NCBI GenBank assembly: GCA_977016875.1
Contig: CDRNST010000195.1
Span: 3,410,001-3,474,000 of the forward strand
Direction: 5' to 3'
Length of the DNA: 64,000 nt
From: Pavona decussata
Lineage: Eukaryota
Part shown: positions 1 to 11,084 of the stretch, one piece after another
Position numbering within the stretch: position 1 is the first letter of the stretch
Layout: every line of letters begins with the position of its first letter
Notes under the pieces: generated by a model
Told to the model about the DNA's origin: nothing
What the model saw: the letters and a program-made list of their open reading frames with translations, nothing else
Databases searched by the model: none
Made by a program: the position numbers and the translations under genes

Positions 1-361
1 ATAAATTACATAGTAAAAGGACAATTGAATAAAAAGGTTACTTTTGAGATCAATGAAAAGTATATACAAGCAAGTTGGGCAAGAAGAACATTTTTCACAA
101 TTGAACAACGGAAAATCAAAATCAAAATAAACAGAATGAGAAGCTGATGTGTAATCAGAGAGCTCTTCTACGATTTCATTTGCTTTGGACAACATACAGT
201 CTAGTTGCCGTCATCGTTGCTAAAGCGCTCTGTTGAACTGGAAACCGTGGTGAAGACACCCCAACCGGCCATGGATTAGCTCAATCATCGCACTTGCAAA
301 AAAGCTCTAAAGGCTATATAATTAAATCTTTGAAATGAAAGTTTATTGATAATGTTATTAA

Positions 362-597
362 GGAGGCAGCGTGGTCGAGTGGTTAGGGCTTGAAATCCGG
401 AGGTCCCGGGTTCAAGTCCTGCTCTAAGCACTAGACGGAGTTGTTTCTCGGACGCGCTTGTAAATAGCCAGCTGGTCTGCCTCCTGCCAGTTGGGATTTT
501 TAAACATGTTATTTTCAATTTAAATTATTTCTTTGTGAAGGTTAATGCTCGGCCCCAACAGCACTTGTGCTATAAACACTGCCGAGGGTAAACAAAG

Positions 598-653
<56 letters not shown>
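362..653 (+). mobile_element. tRNA-derived SINE with (ATT)n tail
   Basis: Pol III A box (TGGTCGAGTGG) and B box (GGTTCAAGTCC) in a tRNA-like head with deletions. The body (CTTGTAAATAGCCAGCTGGTCTGCCTCCTGCCAGTTGGGATT) resembles cnidarian SINE2 families, and the element ends in (ATT)n at ~599-653. Confidence 0.8.
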
Positions 654-1485
654 GTGAATAATAAATCGTAAAATTTTGTCACCAGGATGAAATTAATAAC
701 TAAGAAAAAACGGTACCCCCGTCATGCCTATTGTCCCTTGAAGTTGGTCACAATGACCAAGCAGGAGCCAAACTGCGTGCCTCCCACTCCTCAACGATTG
801 ATGAATGATTTCAAAATCCTCCACTTTTTGCATTTTTCTACCTTGTCAAGTGTTTCATTCATTTTCATGTCTGACGGTAATCAGTGAATCAATGTTATAA
901 GAAAAAAGAGCAAAAATCCAGAAAACAGTAACAGGCCAGGGACTGGACTTATCTAGCCTGAGGGGCAAGCATTTCCAAGGAATTCTCTGCGTCGAAATTG
1001 GCTTCTCTGAGTAGAAAAGTGCAGACCCTGGCCTTTTTTCACTCTGTGACCGCTTTCTGGATTTTTTGTTTTTGTACATGATCCAAAATTTATGAAGGAA
1101 AAACACTGAAAGATAGAGTAAAGGATTTCAAAAATACTTGAAAATTAGTCAAACTAGATTGCATTATAAACTGGGGAAAGGAAATAGAAATTATTGTTTG
1201 TTACGTTAGTGGTTTGCTGGTTTTGCTGACGGCCTACTTCGCTGGTTACCCTTGAGCTTTGTGTCTTTTTTCCTCAAGGGCGTTGGGCCCTAAAATGTTG
1301 AAACTCTCGACATGTATGGCAGCAATCTAAACACAAGAAACATGTTTGTCATAATGAGGTAGAAAGAGAGAACGGGGCAAAATTAGTGGGGGTTGCTAAG
1401 TGGAGAAGATTCATAAAAGCTGAGAAATTACTAAAGTTACCCCAACGTACCAAGCAAAACCGAACATTCAAGTGCTCAAAATATT

Positions 1486-2692
1486 TTATGACAGTTTGAT
1501 TGTGTTCGACAACCATTCCCAATCCACAACATAGGTGGCCCAAGCTCTATGATTTGTGTTGACTGTTTTAACGAATAGATTAGCGTCACGATGTATGTTT
1601 TGACAATAGCGAAATTTGTAATGGTTTGTAAGAAGAAAAAGTATTGAGTGAAAAGGCAAAATAAGAAACGATTTTTGACTATTTTGTTTTTCACCTGGAC
1701 GCCTCTTACATACTTTCTCTTGTGTCCCGTGTGGTTTATATATCAACTTTAGGTGACTTCTAGAAGCCGTTGGAAACTCTAAGTTACATTGGCCAATACA
1801 AATCAAAGATCTTGGGTTACCTGTGGCAACGAATGAATGTACAAACAAACAAATGAATTGGTGATTAATACTTACAACTTGGTAGGCAACGACGCAAGTC
1901 ATTGTCTTGTAAGTTGCATCTGAGACCCCCTTCTTCAGCAACTCGACTCCCAGCGTCGTGCCTTTGGTTGTTGGAATCCTTTCTGCTCCATTGCTGTCCT
2001 CTTTTTACTTGTCCATGACTGGGCAATCTTGTAGGAGACTTTTGCTTATTTAAAATTTCCCTTCTACTTTGGCGGCGGGTTGCTTGCCTTTGTTTTGTTT
2101 GTCGCGTCCGCCTTTGCTGTCGCAAATCACGCTGTTCTCTTTCAATATCTGGCTCTAGGAAAGTCATGTCAATGATGTGATCTGTAACATACAAAATGAT
2201 ATATAAATATAACGCAAGTGTAATAATCTCCTTTGTATATTATGATCTGTAATTAATCTTACCTTGTGGTTGAAGAGCCATTGTTGGATCCCTTGACTGG
2301 ATTCTATCAAATATGTTATTGCCTAAAAGAAAAAGGTCATCAATTACAATTTTAATTTTACGGAGACATATTTGGTAGAGATTGAGTTCATCTTTAAGAT
2401 TGCTTACGTTAGCATGCTTTTCTGAGTTCGTATGTGCAGCGCCTGGAAAATGGTCGTTCTGAATACCTGGCAATAAATTTGAAATTCGGAAATTGGGCCG
2501 TTAAGTCATTTTGGATAATGGCTAAATTAGGGTTTCGTCTCATATACCTCTCGCCTTTTGAGCCTTGCGGAGATCCGAATTTTCTTTGCACCATTTGTTC
2601 AAGTTTATTTTTCAATATTACCACCCCAAGAACTAACTCATTTTCAAAACGTACCCCAACCGTCGCACTCTGGAACGTTTGTATTTGATATG
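1486..2692 (-). pseudogene. Five-exon orphan gene remnant; Arg/Gln-rich middle and Cys-rich C-terminus
   Basis: Exons 2692-2408 (285 nt), 2322-2263 (60), 2154-1876 (279), 1820-1695 (126) and 1625-1486. All four introns are phase 1 with GT donors, and the first four exons are multiples of 3. There is an in-frame TAA at 2411-2409, and the last acceptor reads AA instead of AG. Confidence 0.65.
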
Positions 2693-2900
2693 CTGAAGTT
2701 TTGTGTTACATTTCTAGACAACAAAATCTTTACTCCAGCCGGAAAAAAAAAATCATTGCGCCCTTAGAAGGTTGTAGAGATAAGCACAAAATGAATCGGA
2801 AATCGTGAGTGCCGAAAACACAATTTTGTAGGGAAAATCGGTTTTTAAATTGGGAACCCTCACTTTACTGATGCAAATTGGAAATTTCTTTTAATTCGTT

Positions 2901-3229
2901 GGTCGGACCACCACTCAGGGTCTTTAAATAACTGAGGAGAAAGTGCTGCCTTTGCTCTGACAGCTGCAAATGGTTAGACTTTCTAGTCTTCTCGGATAAG
3001 GACAATAAATCGTAGGCCCCGTCTCACAAACCTTGCTTGTAAATAACTCTGTGGGACGTTAAAGAACCCACTCACTGTTTGCAAAGAGTAGCGGACGTAG
3101 TTCCCGGTGTTGTGGTCTGGTCTTTGTGTGTATATTATCATGGTTGGGTGGGAAAATGCTCGGAGACATTAGCTGCATTAAGCTACTCTACAATCCGAGG
3201 GTAAATAAAGATTGATGATGATGATGATG
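2901..3229 (+). mobile_element. 5'-truncated Deu/Nin-domain-type SINE
   Basis: Conserved core CTCGGATAAGGAC...GGGACGTTAAAGAACCCAC...AAGAGTAG...TTCCCGGTGTTGTGG. The tRNA head is missing and there is a (GAT)n tail at ~3213-3229. Confidence 0.7.
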
Positions 3230-3419
3230 AACCTCGGGAATCCCATTTGGCACGTTTTCCGCAAAATTTGTATTGGAACCTGATGCCGCATAATTGTAGC
3301 CAATACAATTTTATCTTGTTTATGCCTAAAGCCCCCCCCCCCCCCCCCTCCAGGAAAATGTGTTTTTCCAAAACTTTACTCTTACCCCTCTAAAACCACC
3401 GGGTAAACATATTTAGGAA

Positions 3420-4151
3420 CTATTTTTTCACACGCTTGAACGAAAAAAGTAAAAATACTAAATTAAAGTTCACCTGGTTGTTGATAGTGTAGTTACAGAG
3501 CCGGGTTGCGCAACTGCAACAGGCCACGGCCTTATGAAGAAGTTTAAGGTACAGTTCCTTGTGACGAATGGGTTTCTGTGGCACCTCCAATTCCAGTTCC
3601 TTACAGATGTTTTGCAGCATCGCAAGCTTGAATTGCTCCAGCGATCCATCCTTCTTCATTGCACAAATATCGTACTGATCGTACGTGATGGGGTGCTGTG
3701 GGGTGATGGAGGTCACCACTTCTCTTGCGCGTGCAAAGTTCTCTTCCTCTTGACAGGCCTGTCTGTTAGCATCATCAGGAATTTGCTTGTGCACCTTCGC
3801 AGGACGGACACGGTTGGTACCTAGTGCATGCCTGATTTCACGGGAAACAACATCCCTGTCCAATTTTTTTCCCATGGTTTTGCCGTTGGCAAACTTGGCA
3901 CCGAGCCCCTGCAGTGATTTCTTTACAGAGGCACTGCATTCAGAGAGTACTCGCAGCATAGTCGACTCACTGAAAGGTTTGAATCCCGTCTCCAAACAGT
4001 ACTGGGTGTGTTGTTGAACCACTCTCTGGGGGATCAATAGGCATATCACACTGGGTACTTCGATCGTGTCACCTGACGACAGCTTCAAATTTTTTAGCCT
4101 GAATGGTAGATCTTGTACCAGATGGGGACTGGTTATAAAGCCCAGAAAGTG
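3420..4151 (-). mobile_element. Internally deleted Sola3-like transposase (N- and C-terminal parts fused, DDE core missing)
   Basis: HFLGFITSPHLVQDLPF..LKLSSGDTIEVP..YCLETGFKPFSESTMLRVLSECSASVKKSLQGL is joined in frame at ~3902 to the C-terminal-type segment KFANGKTMGKKLDRDVVSREIR...CCSC. Confidence 0.55.
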
Positions 4152-4206
4152 AGATCAGCACACAGAAAAAATCCTTCTAGCCAAGCATGGCTGGATGCAA
4201 GCATGA

Positions 4207-6108
4207 CAAATTTATGCCGAGCACAACACTTCGGACCATGCAGAGTATAAACTTAGCCAGTCCGCGAAAGAATGCTATCAGAAGTTTGCCAGGGCAACTC
4301 CAGAAAGTGGCACAGAGAAATCAAACTCCAAAGCTGGGAAAAATGTTTTAAAGTTGGCTCTTGTGCTCCATGTTTTCTACGACCGCCTCAAGAAAGCCCT
4401 GGATTCCTCTGTTGGTACGACACCCAGAGTTATCACAGAGGACCTAATGAAGAAGGCAATCAGTCTATGTTCAACACTTTCACATGTCAAGGCATTGATG
4501 GATCTGGTAAGGATTTCACTGACAGTTCAATAGCAATATTATTCTAATCATATAGTTCAATAAAATATCCATACCTCCCTATAGAAGGTGTTAACCCACT
4601 CATCTTTAAAGTACGACGAGGCTTCTTACATTTCTTTATCATTTGTATCTTAAAAAAACTTTGGAATTTCCACTCTCTTCTTTTTTTTGGGGGGGGGGGA
4701 GGTGGGGAGTATGGAGCTAACACCCCTTTGTATTTGACAAGAATGCTAAGTTCTGAACTTAGAGCACTTCAGTATTTCTTGTAGGTTGCTGATGTACTGT
4801 ATTATTGTAGTCATACAGGGTACAAAGAAGGGCCAGTGGATTTTGCTGTCAGGCTTGGGGATTTTACCCATCTTCTTGCCCAAAAGGGCAAGTGAAAGTT
4901 TTTTGGGGAAGTTTCTTAAGGAATTAATTCGGTCAAGCTGGAAAATGGAACTTCTTTGACAGTATTACATTGTGTGGTCCAGGAATAATCATACCTCCCC
5001 CATGGAAGGTGTTTTCTTTTGAACCTCCCACCCCCTGGAATTTCCAGTTCAGCTTCATACTTTTCCTTAAACAATTTGGCTGTTGAGACCCCCCCCCCCC
5101 CCCCCTCCCCTTGGAATTTCCATTGACATTCCATGAGGAGAGTATGGATATTTGTGGGAACCACACATTTGTATTGTAAGTTTCCATATAAGCAACAACA
5201 ACCTTTATTGACTCTTTAAACTGAATTTTTTTTATTTTATTTGTAAATAACATCAAGAGAGTCTAGGGGGTAAAAGATCCACATTTTTTTTTCGCGTTAG
5301 CCCCCGTACCTGTTTATACTATTATTTTTTTTTTTAAAAAGAGAAGAAGCAGAACATGGAGCTGTAAGAGATGAAACTGGAAACATGGATTTTAAATTAA
5401 TATGCGGGCCACATTTTGATTAAAAAAAAAAAATCACTCCTTGGAAGAAGTATAATTGTATGCATTGGATGTATGGAGACCCTGTTAAAATACAAGCCTT
5501 TATGTTTGTGTTGTATTTTTTTGGGAAGTAGAGCCTACAACGACACTCTTATGCTTTTATTCAGGCCAACTGTACTTGGGTAATAGGTCCCCTGAGCTGG
5601 CCGGTCCACCCTTTTTACCTTTTTTTTTTTTTGAAGTTTTTTTATCATGATGATGATCATCAGTTGTAGTTATTCTTCATTACAATTAATATCATTACGA
5701 TTTTAGGCTGCCACACTGAAGGAAGGGGAGCACACTATTTGAACTGGTGCATCAGCTGATAAAATAAAGCAGAGGGTTTTAGGTGAAACAGCTGACATGT
5801 TCACGACAGCGAAGAGAGTATACACCAGTTTCTCTTCAATTCGTCGCCCATCACCTTCTTTTGTAGTTGACCAGTTCAATGAATTGGAGAGAGAGGGTCT
5901 TGGAGTTTTTAAGAACATCCACCGTTCTAAAGTCTTTTTCAAGAAGGTACCTGAATTATTCATCAACGAAGAATACAAGCTTGGTAAACACAATACCACA
6001 TTCCAGACTTACAAACAATTCTTTGAGAAAACTGATGAATTCTATGACGACAATCAGCGCCTGGAGCTCGTAAGGCAGTACCCATGGAAAGAGGATGCCC
6101 AAAGGTGA
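4207..6108 (+). pseudogene. DUF3987/YfjI-like protein C-terminal exons (4207-4506, 5707-6108)
   Basis: Exon 1 encodes YKLSQSAKECYQKF...SKAGKNVLKLALVLHVF...ITEDLMKKAISL. A phase-0 GT-AG intron spans 4507-5706, and exon 2 stays in frame with ORF 5797-6108. In-frame TGA codons occur at 4204 and 5740. Confidence 0.55.
4971..5167. mobile_element. MITE with TGTGTGGT(T)CC termini, inside the intron
   Basis: Imperfect TIRs TGTGTGGTCCAGGAATAATCATAC / GTATGGATATTTGTGGGAACCACACA. Confidence 0.6.
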
Positions 6109-7470
6109 AAATACCTCCCTGTCCCTGAACTAACCCAACAGCAATAAGATTTAGTGCCCCTTTAGTCTGAAACACTAAAGTATGGTTGTTGACATTATCA
6201 TCAAAAATTATAAATATATAATAATACTGCTCCCATAAATACTTGCATCTGATTGGCCGACAGTAGAACAATTTATCATTGTATCACTGCTGAACAATTG
6301 AAAATTAATTGTATGACTGTCGTTCAGAGTTTCGCGCCAAAAACGGCGGCTGCACCACTGTCACAACTAGTTTCTAGTCTACTTCAGGGGTATTCATTTT
6401 GAGAAATTGTCATAAAGGCTAGATTTTAAGTAGACTCATAAAATCAAAGTAAACTCATCATCATCAACTTTCAAAGCCAAAGTAAGCAAATCAATTCAAA
6501 AAGACCGCCTGGCACATTTTTTAATCTGTTTAAACCTGATCTTGCTGTGCTCGATTGGATGCTTGTATTTATGGTAGCATTATTATCAATAGGAGAACTG
6601 TACTTTTTCTCAAAACAATTAGGGATTAATTGTAGTCATGAACAAATTGGTCTGATCTTTTTACTCATACAATTAATCGCTAAAAATTTTTATTGTTTCT
6701 CGAATAGACCGTTTTCCTATACAAATTGATTTTCAAATTATATTCTTCACAAAAATTGATGATGCTTCACCATTATTTAAAATAAATATGAAATTTTAAA
6801 ACCTTGCCCATGCAACATTTACTTTCATGGTGAGAACATATTTGTTTTAATCACAATTATCATTGTTACCCCCTTGCTTATCATGTTTTGTTTATCGTGT
6901 TGAAGATGTTTCAAAATTGTTAGGGTTGTCAGTGGCACTGCCATTGTTATAATAACTACATTTATTTCAGATAATTATAAATTCTTAAATTCTATAATAA
7001 AAACTATTGTATAGCTATATGAACTGGAACAAAATAATAAACATTTATATGTTAAACTAAAATCACTACATTTCAGATTACCGGTATTATAAGTTCTTAA
7101 TTTTTATTTATATGTATTTTCTCTGAATTTCAATCTATAGTTATTAATAGAAATTATTATTATAATAAAAATTATTGTATGACTACATGAACTGGAACAA
7201 AATAATGAACATTTAATATATGTTACACTAAAATTAGATTATTATATAAATTATCAAAATAATAAACATTGATATTACGAGGAATATACATGTGGTAGTT
7301 TATTTCAACTGTGTTATCATGAACAAGCCATAGTCAACTGACACATCCTTAAAAAAATCATGGAATTCCCTGCTTTTCATGAACAATCTATAAAATTCAA
7401 TCGATTTTTTCTTCCACATTGATTTGAATCAAATGAATACTATTGGAATCACATAATAATCATTATTAAT

Positions 7471-7898
7471 TAATTATTATATGGCCATGTCTCATAAGGA
7501 CTGGGGACTACTGAATTGACAAATTTGATTGCCTGAAATCAATATTGACTGTGGTCTAGATCCTCCCATCCAGACCAGTTAAATTTTACGGTAAAAAAGT
7601 TGCAAACTAAAATGCCAAATATTGACTATTTTCTACTAAAAGTGCCAAAAAGCCTAACAAGAAAAAAAAAAGAGTAAAGAGGGAGGACAAGCAAACTTTG
7701 GCAGATTTAGGTTCAGCTCATTGCCATTCCCAATCAAAAAGGTCAGCCTGTACGAACCAGTTTCATTGAACAAATTACATTGTAGTTTTCTTGTTTGGCC
7801 ATATAGTAAACATCTTATTAACCGAGCTTGGTCGGTCTGTATGGGAGAATCTTGACCTCAGCCGTGAGTACAGGCCTCACTGCATTCGGTATGTACTC
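7471..7898. mobile_element. Truncated non-autonomous Crypton-like repeat
   Basis: Starts TAATTATTATATGGCC...GATTG and carries a ...TTAACCGAGCTTGGTCGGTCTGTATGGGAGAATCTTGACCTC... segment resembling cnidarian Crypton-type non-autonomous elements. Recognised from memory only. Confidence 0.35.
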
Positions 7899-8000
7899 AT
7901 CTCTTAATCTCTTATGATTTTCAAGGTCCTAATAATGATTACAGTACTAAGATGTTACATTTTTTGTGTTGGCTGCATACAGGAGTTCCATTTCCTTTTT

Positions 8001-11000
8001 TTACTCACTTAAAGCTGCAACCTCTTTCTTCATCATGAGAGAAAAAAGGTTTTTTTCTCTGATGATCTTGTCCACCCACCTTTTTACTTTTTCATATGAG
8101 GGAATGCTAGTGACTCCAGCAGTTGTGATAACTTGCTTAAAGAGCTTAAAAATGTTTTCATAGTCAGGAGCGGCATTTTCTTGAGATCCCATCAGGCCAT
8201 TGACCAGCTGCTGAAGGACAAAAATCTCAAAGTCGCCCAGTTTTTCAGGTGCCAGTGGCTCATTCTTTCTCTCCAAGTACTTCAATGAAGACAATGTGAT
8301 GTCATCATGTTTCCTTCGTTTTCTGGTCTGCCCTTCTTTGACGGCTGCATTTTTAGGTCCATATGGGTTACCACAATTAAAGCATCTACATGATGGACTG
8401 CATCCTTGCAATGCTTGAAAGCATTTGCATCGTGAACCAAAGTTGCTGCAAAATGACCTTTCTTTGTCTTTTGCACCTCCTCGTCCACAAGAACAACACT
8501 GTGTCCTGACTTTGTCTGGACTTGCCTTGTTTAAGTCTTGGCATACTGCTCTCTCTTTTGGGAATACAGGGTCATAGTGACCTTTTCCTGACTGGTTAAA
8601 GGCCATGTATAGGGGTACACTGGTGAGTGGGCTCACCCTTGGCAGCAAGGGTATCACAGGGTAGCTGACGATAGACGAGAACACTACTATTGGGAGTTTT
8701 AGTATGTTCGTCAGGGCAAGCAAAACACTGTTTCCAAGTTCATAATCGAAGATGCCTGGTTCCAAGAATGATTGTGCAGTGTCTTCCAATGAAGATTTCT
8801 CAGAACTGGTTAAAAAACATGCATATTCCTCACTGTTAATCCCTAGCCATTCAACTACCACCAACTCTCTCAGTACAATGTTCCTGTTAGAGAGGTCTTG
8901 GTTCCTGTATATGTTTAAGGACTGTAAATGTTGCTTAACTGCATCATTATCACACTCAAGCATTTTATCAAGTGCAAAGGAGATTGAAGTGAAGCAGCAG
9001 TCACCATCACCAGGAACTGACATTTTCTCAAAACCATGGTTAGATACAATTTCGTCTAGTTTTTTCTCTGCCACCAAATATTCACTCTGTTCATGACAAT
9101 CAGTGTGGGAGAAAAGGAGAAGTGTTGAGGGAGCATGAATCCAGGAATATTTGTTTGCAAGTAGTGGAATTTGTTCCTTTGAGAAAGTATGTGATGTAAT
9201 TTTAGTCATAGCAACAGCTCTGTTTATGATTGTTTCTTGTGATTCCATAGTTAAATTTTCATTGTCATCATCTGAATCAGATTCATAACTGGATGAGGCA
9301 CTTTCCTCCTCGAGATCAATGTCGAGGTTGTCACATAACATACTTAGGCTTTCACTTTCTTCTCCAAGGGCAGAAAAACAAGGAATATTATTACCAATGC
9401 CAAACTTTTCACGACACATTTGTTCCCCCAAAGTAAGAAATGTCTGAAACCATTGACTCACAGACTTGCATATTCTGTGTTCTCTTCCTTTTTGTTTTGC
9501 ATCACAAACATTTAGTTTGTAAAATGCAGTGGTTAGAAGTGCAACTGCTAAAGCAACACCAATGCGGTCTTTCTTAAGCCATTTACGCAACCTCTTGTGG
9601 ATATTCTCGTTGCGGTTTGTTCCAACTCCTGGTGGAATACCTGATAAGCAGCCCAATCTAACATGCTTCATAACTTTGTTTATTTCAGCTACAGCTTTAT
9701 CTGGTAGCACCCTTAAGTCATTTACGAGCTCAGTTGACCATTTTCTCAAGAAGTCCTGCAAGTTCTTTTCCATCTTGTCTGGTGGGGGTGTTGATCTTTT
9801 CCTAGAATGTCCAAAATCATTGTCATCCCGAAAACATAATCTCAAATTTTTAATCATAGCTTGTCTGACTCCTCTCAAGTCAGCTGTAACACCTTTTCTT
9901 GGTATTTGATCCAAAATACGTTTGAGGGCGTGGAATAAATCTAGTTTGATGGGGACATTAGATCCAAATATGGCATTGATCTTTTTCTTAACAGAACAGC
10001 AATTGTCAATTATAATACCTTCCAACTCTTTTTGGGCAATTTGATGCCGTTCCTTCAGCCCAGTTAGAAGGGACTCCACTGTGTCAATAGATGTACCTCT
10101 CGCAAGCTGCCATGCAAGTACCTTATTCTCCTCATTCATGACAATAAACACGGAGTTATACAGCTTGACCCACCGCTTGTTTTGCCAATAGCCAATGTTA
10201 GCAGATATTTTGAACGTGTGGTCTGCTGATAGCCACTTACCATACTGACTAGCCATATGCTGAGTGTACATATTCTCACAGTCACTAAAAGCTCGCAAGA
10301 ATGCCCTTGTGATTAACATTCTTCCAATGAAATCCTTCTTTGGATTGAAAAGGGGAAAATTAGCTGCTGCATTTTGGCGTTGTGAATAGTACAAGAAAGC
10401 TCTGCTGCAGTGGTAAGAATTGTGCAAATTCAAAAGCATGTTCTCAATGTCCTGTATACAAAGCCCAGCCTGAGTACTGCTTGAAATAAAATCAAAAAGT
10501 TCCTTTGTCATCCCAGACTTGTGAAACAGAATAAACGGAATTCTAATACCTGCCTCACGGATTGCCTTCAACAGCTCAGGGTCATGTGCAACAACCTGGT
10601 GATGTTTACCACTGCAGAGATACACACATGAGACAAGAAGGACTTGCTGCTGAATCGAGAATATGGTGCGAGGCGATGTATGGGAGCTTGTTCCATCATT
10701 CCATCTCCACACGCGAAGAGACGACTGACAATATGGACAGGCTAGATCGCATTCTGTTTGGACCAGGGGATTCCATAGAATAACCGGTGGAATCATATAA
10801 GCCTCCGGGTCGTCACTGGGCGCGTGTTGCCCGCTAGATGGATAAAACACATTGCTGAAGCATCGTTTCGCAGCCGATGACTTTGAGGAAGCAATACAAT
10901 TTTGTATGAACTCTCGCCACGTTTGCGGAATATTAATTGGAACTACCACCGGCAAAGAAATACTTAGAAAAAGCACGCAAAAAATGACAAAACTAAGGTT

Positions 11001-11054
11001 GGTGGACGCCATTTTTTGAGACCGCAAGTTAGCAAAACAGCGGATTAAAACCAT
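8001..11054 (-). CDS. Intact Dada/MULE-type DDE transposase (DUF6729-like N-terminus) fused to OTU cysteine protease and CXC domain
   Basis: Uninterrupted 1017-codon ORF; the likely start is AAAATGGCG at 11012. Motifs: zinc finger CPYC...YLCSGKHH; catalytic SADHTFK, IDNCC, LDLFH (DxxH), GTNRNENIH; acidic linker; OTU VPGDGDCCF...GHYD; Cys-rich CSCGRG...RCKCFQALQGCSPSCRCFNCGNP; basic NLS-like TRKRRK. Confidence 0.85.
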   Translation of the reverse strand: MVLIRCFANLRSQKMASTNLSFVIFCVLFLSISLPVVVPINIPQTWREFIQNCIASSKSSAAKRCFSNVFYPSSGQHAPSDDPEAYMIPPVILWNPLVQTECDLACPYCQSSLRVWRWNDGTSSHTSPRTIFSIQQQVLLVSCVYLCSGKHHQVVAHDPELLKAIREAGIRIPFILFHKSGMTKELFDFISSSTQAGLCIQDIENMLLNLHNSYHCSRAFLYYSQRQNAAANFPLFNPKKDFIGRMLITRAFLRAFSDCENMYTQHMASQYGKWLSADHTFKISANIGYWQNKRWVKLYNSVFIVMNEENKVLAWQLARGTSIDTVESLLTGLKERHQIAQKELEGIIIDNCCSVKKKINAIFGSNVPIKLDLFHALKRILDQIPRKGVTADLRGVRQAMIKNLRLCFRDDNDFGHSRKRSTPPPDKMEKNLQDFLRKWSTELVNDLRVLPDKAVAEINKVMKHVRLGCLSGIPPGVGTNRNENIHKRLRKWLKKDRIGVALAVALLTTAFYKLNVCDAKQKGREHRICKSVSQWFQTFLTLGEQMCREKFGIGNNIPCFSALGEESESLSMLCDNLDIDLEEESASSSYESDSDDDNENLTMESQETIINRAVAMTKITSHTFSKEQIPLLANKYSWIHAPSTLLLFSHTDCHEQSEYLVAEKKLDEIVSNHGFEKMSVPGDGDCCFTSISFALDKMLECDNDAVKQHLQSLNIYRNQDLSNRNIVLRELVVVEWLGINSEEYACFLTSSEKSSLEDTAQSFLEPGIFDYELGNSVLLALTNILKLPIVVFSSIVSYPVIPLLPRVSPLTSVPLYMAFNQSGKGHYDPVFPKERAVCQDLNKASPDKVRTQCCSCGRGGAKDKERSFCSNFGSRCKCFQALQGCSPSCRCFNCGNPYGPKNAAVKEGQTRKRRKHDDITLSSLKYLERKNEPLAPEKLGDFEIFVLQQLVNGLMGSQENAAPDYENIFKLFKQVITTAGVTSIPSYEKVKRWVDKIIREKNLFSLMMKKEVAALSE

Positions 11055-11084
11055 ACGTCAAGTATGTGCTCTTTTGTGTGACAT

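Noticed and set aside
362-430. tRNA gene
   Set aside because: The cloverleaf is incomplete (anticodon arm shortened) and continues into a SINE body and (ATT)n tail.
954-980. Academ left TIR pairing with 12071 to make an 11-kb element enclosing the transposase
   Set aside because: The match is degenerate (TAGCCTGAGGGGCAAGC), no TSD is evident, and such ends are abundant independent MITEs.
8282-10783. Short ORFs overlapping or antisense to the transposase
   Set aside because: Shadow frames of the 1017-aa ORF with no recognisable motifs.
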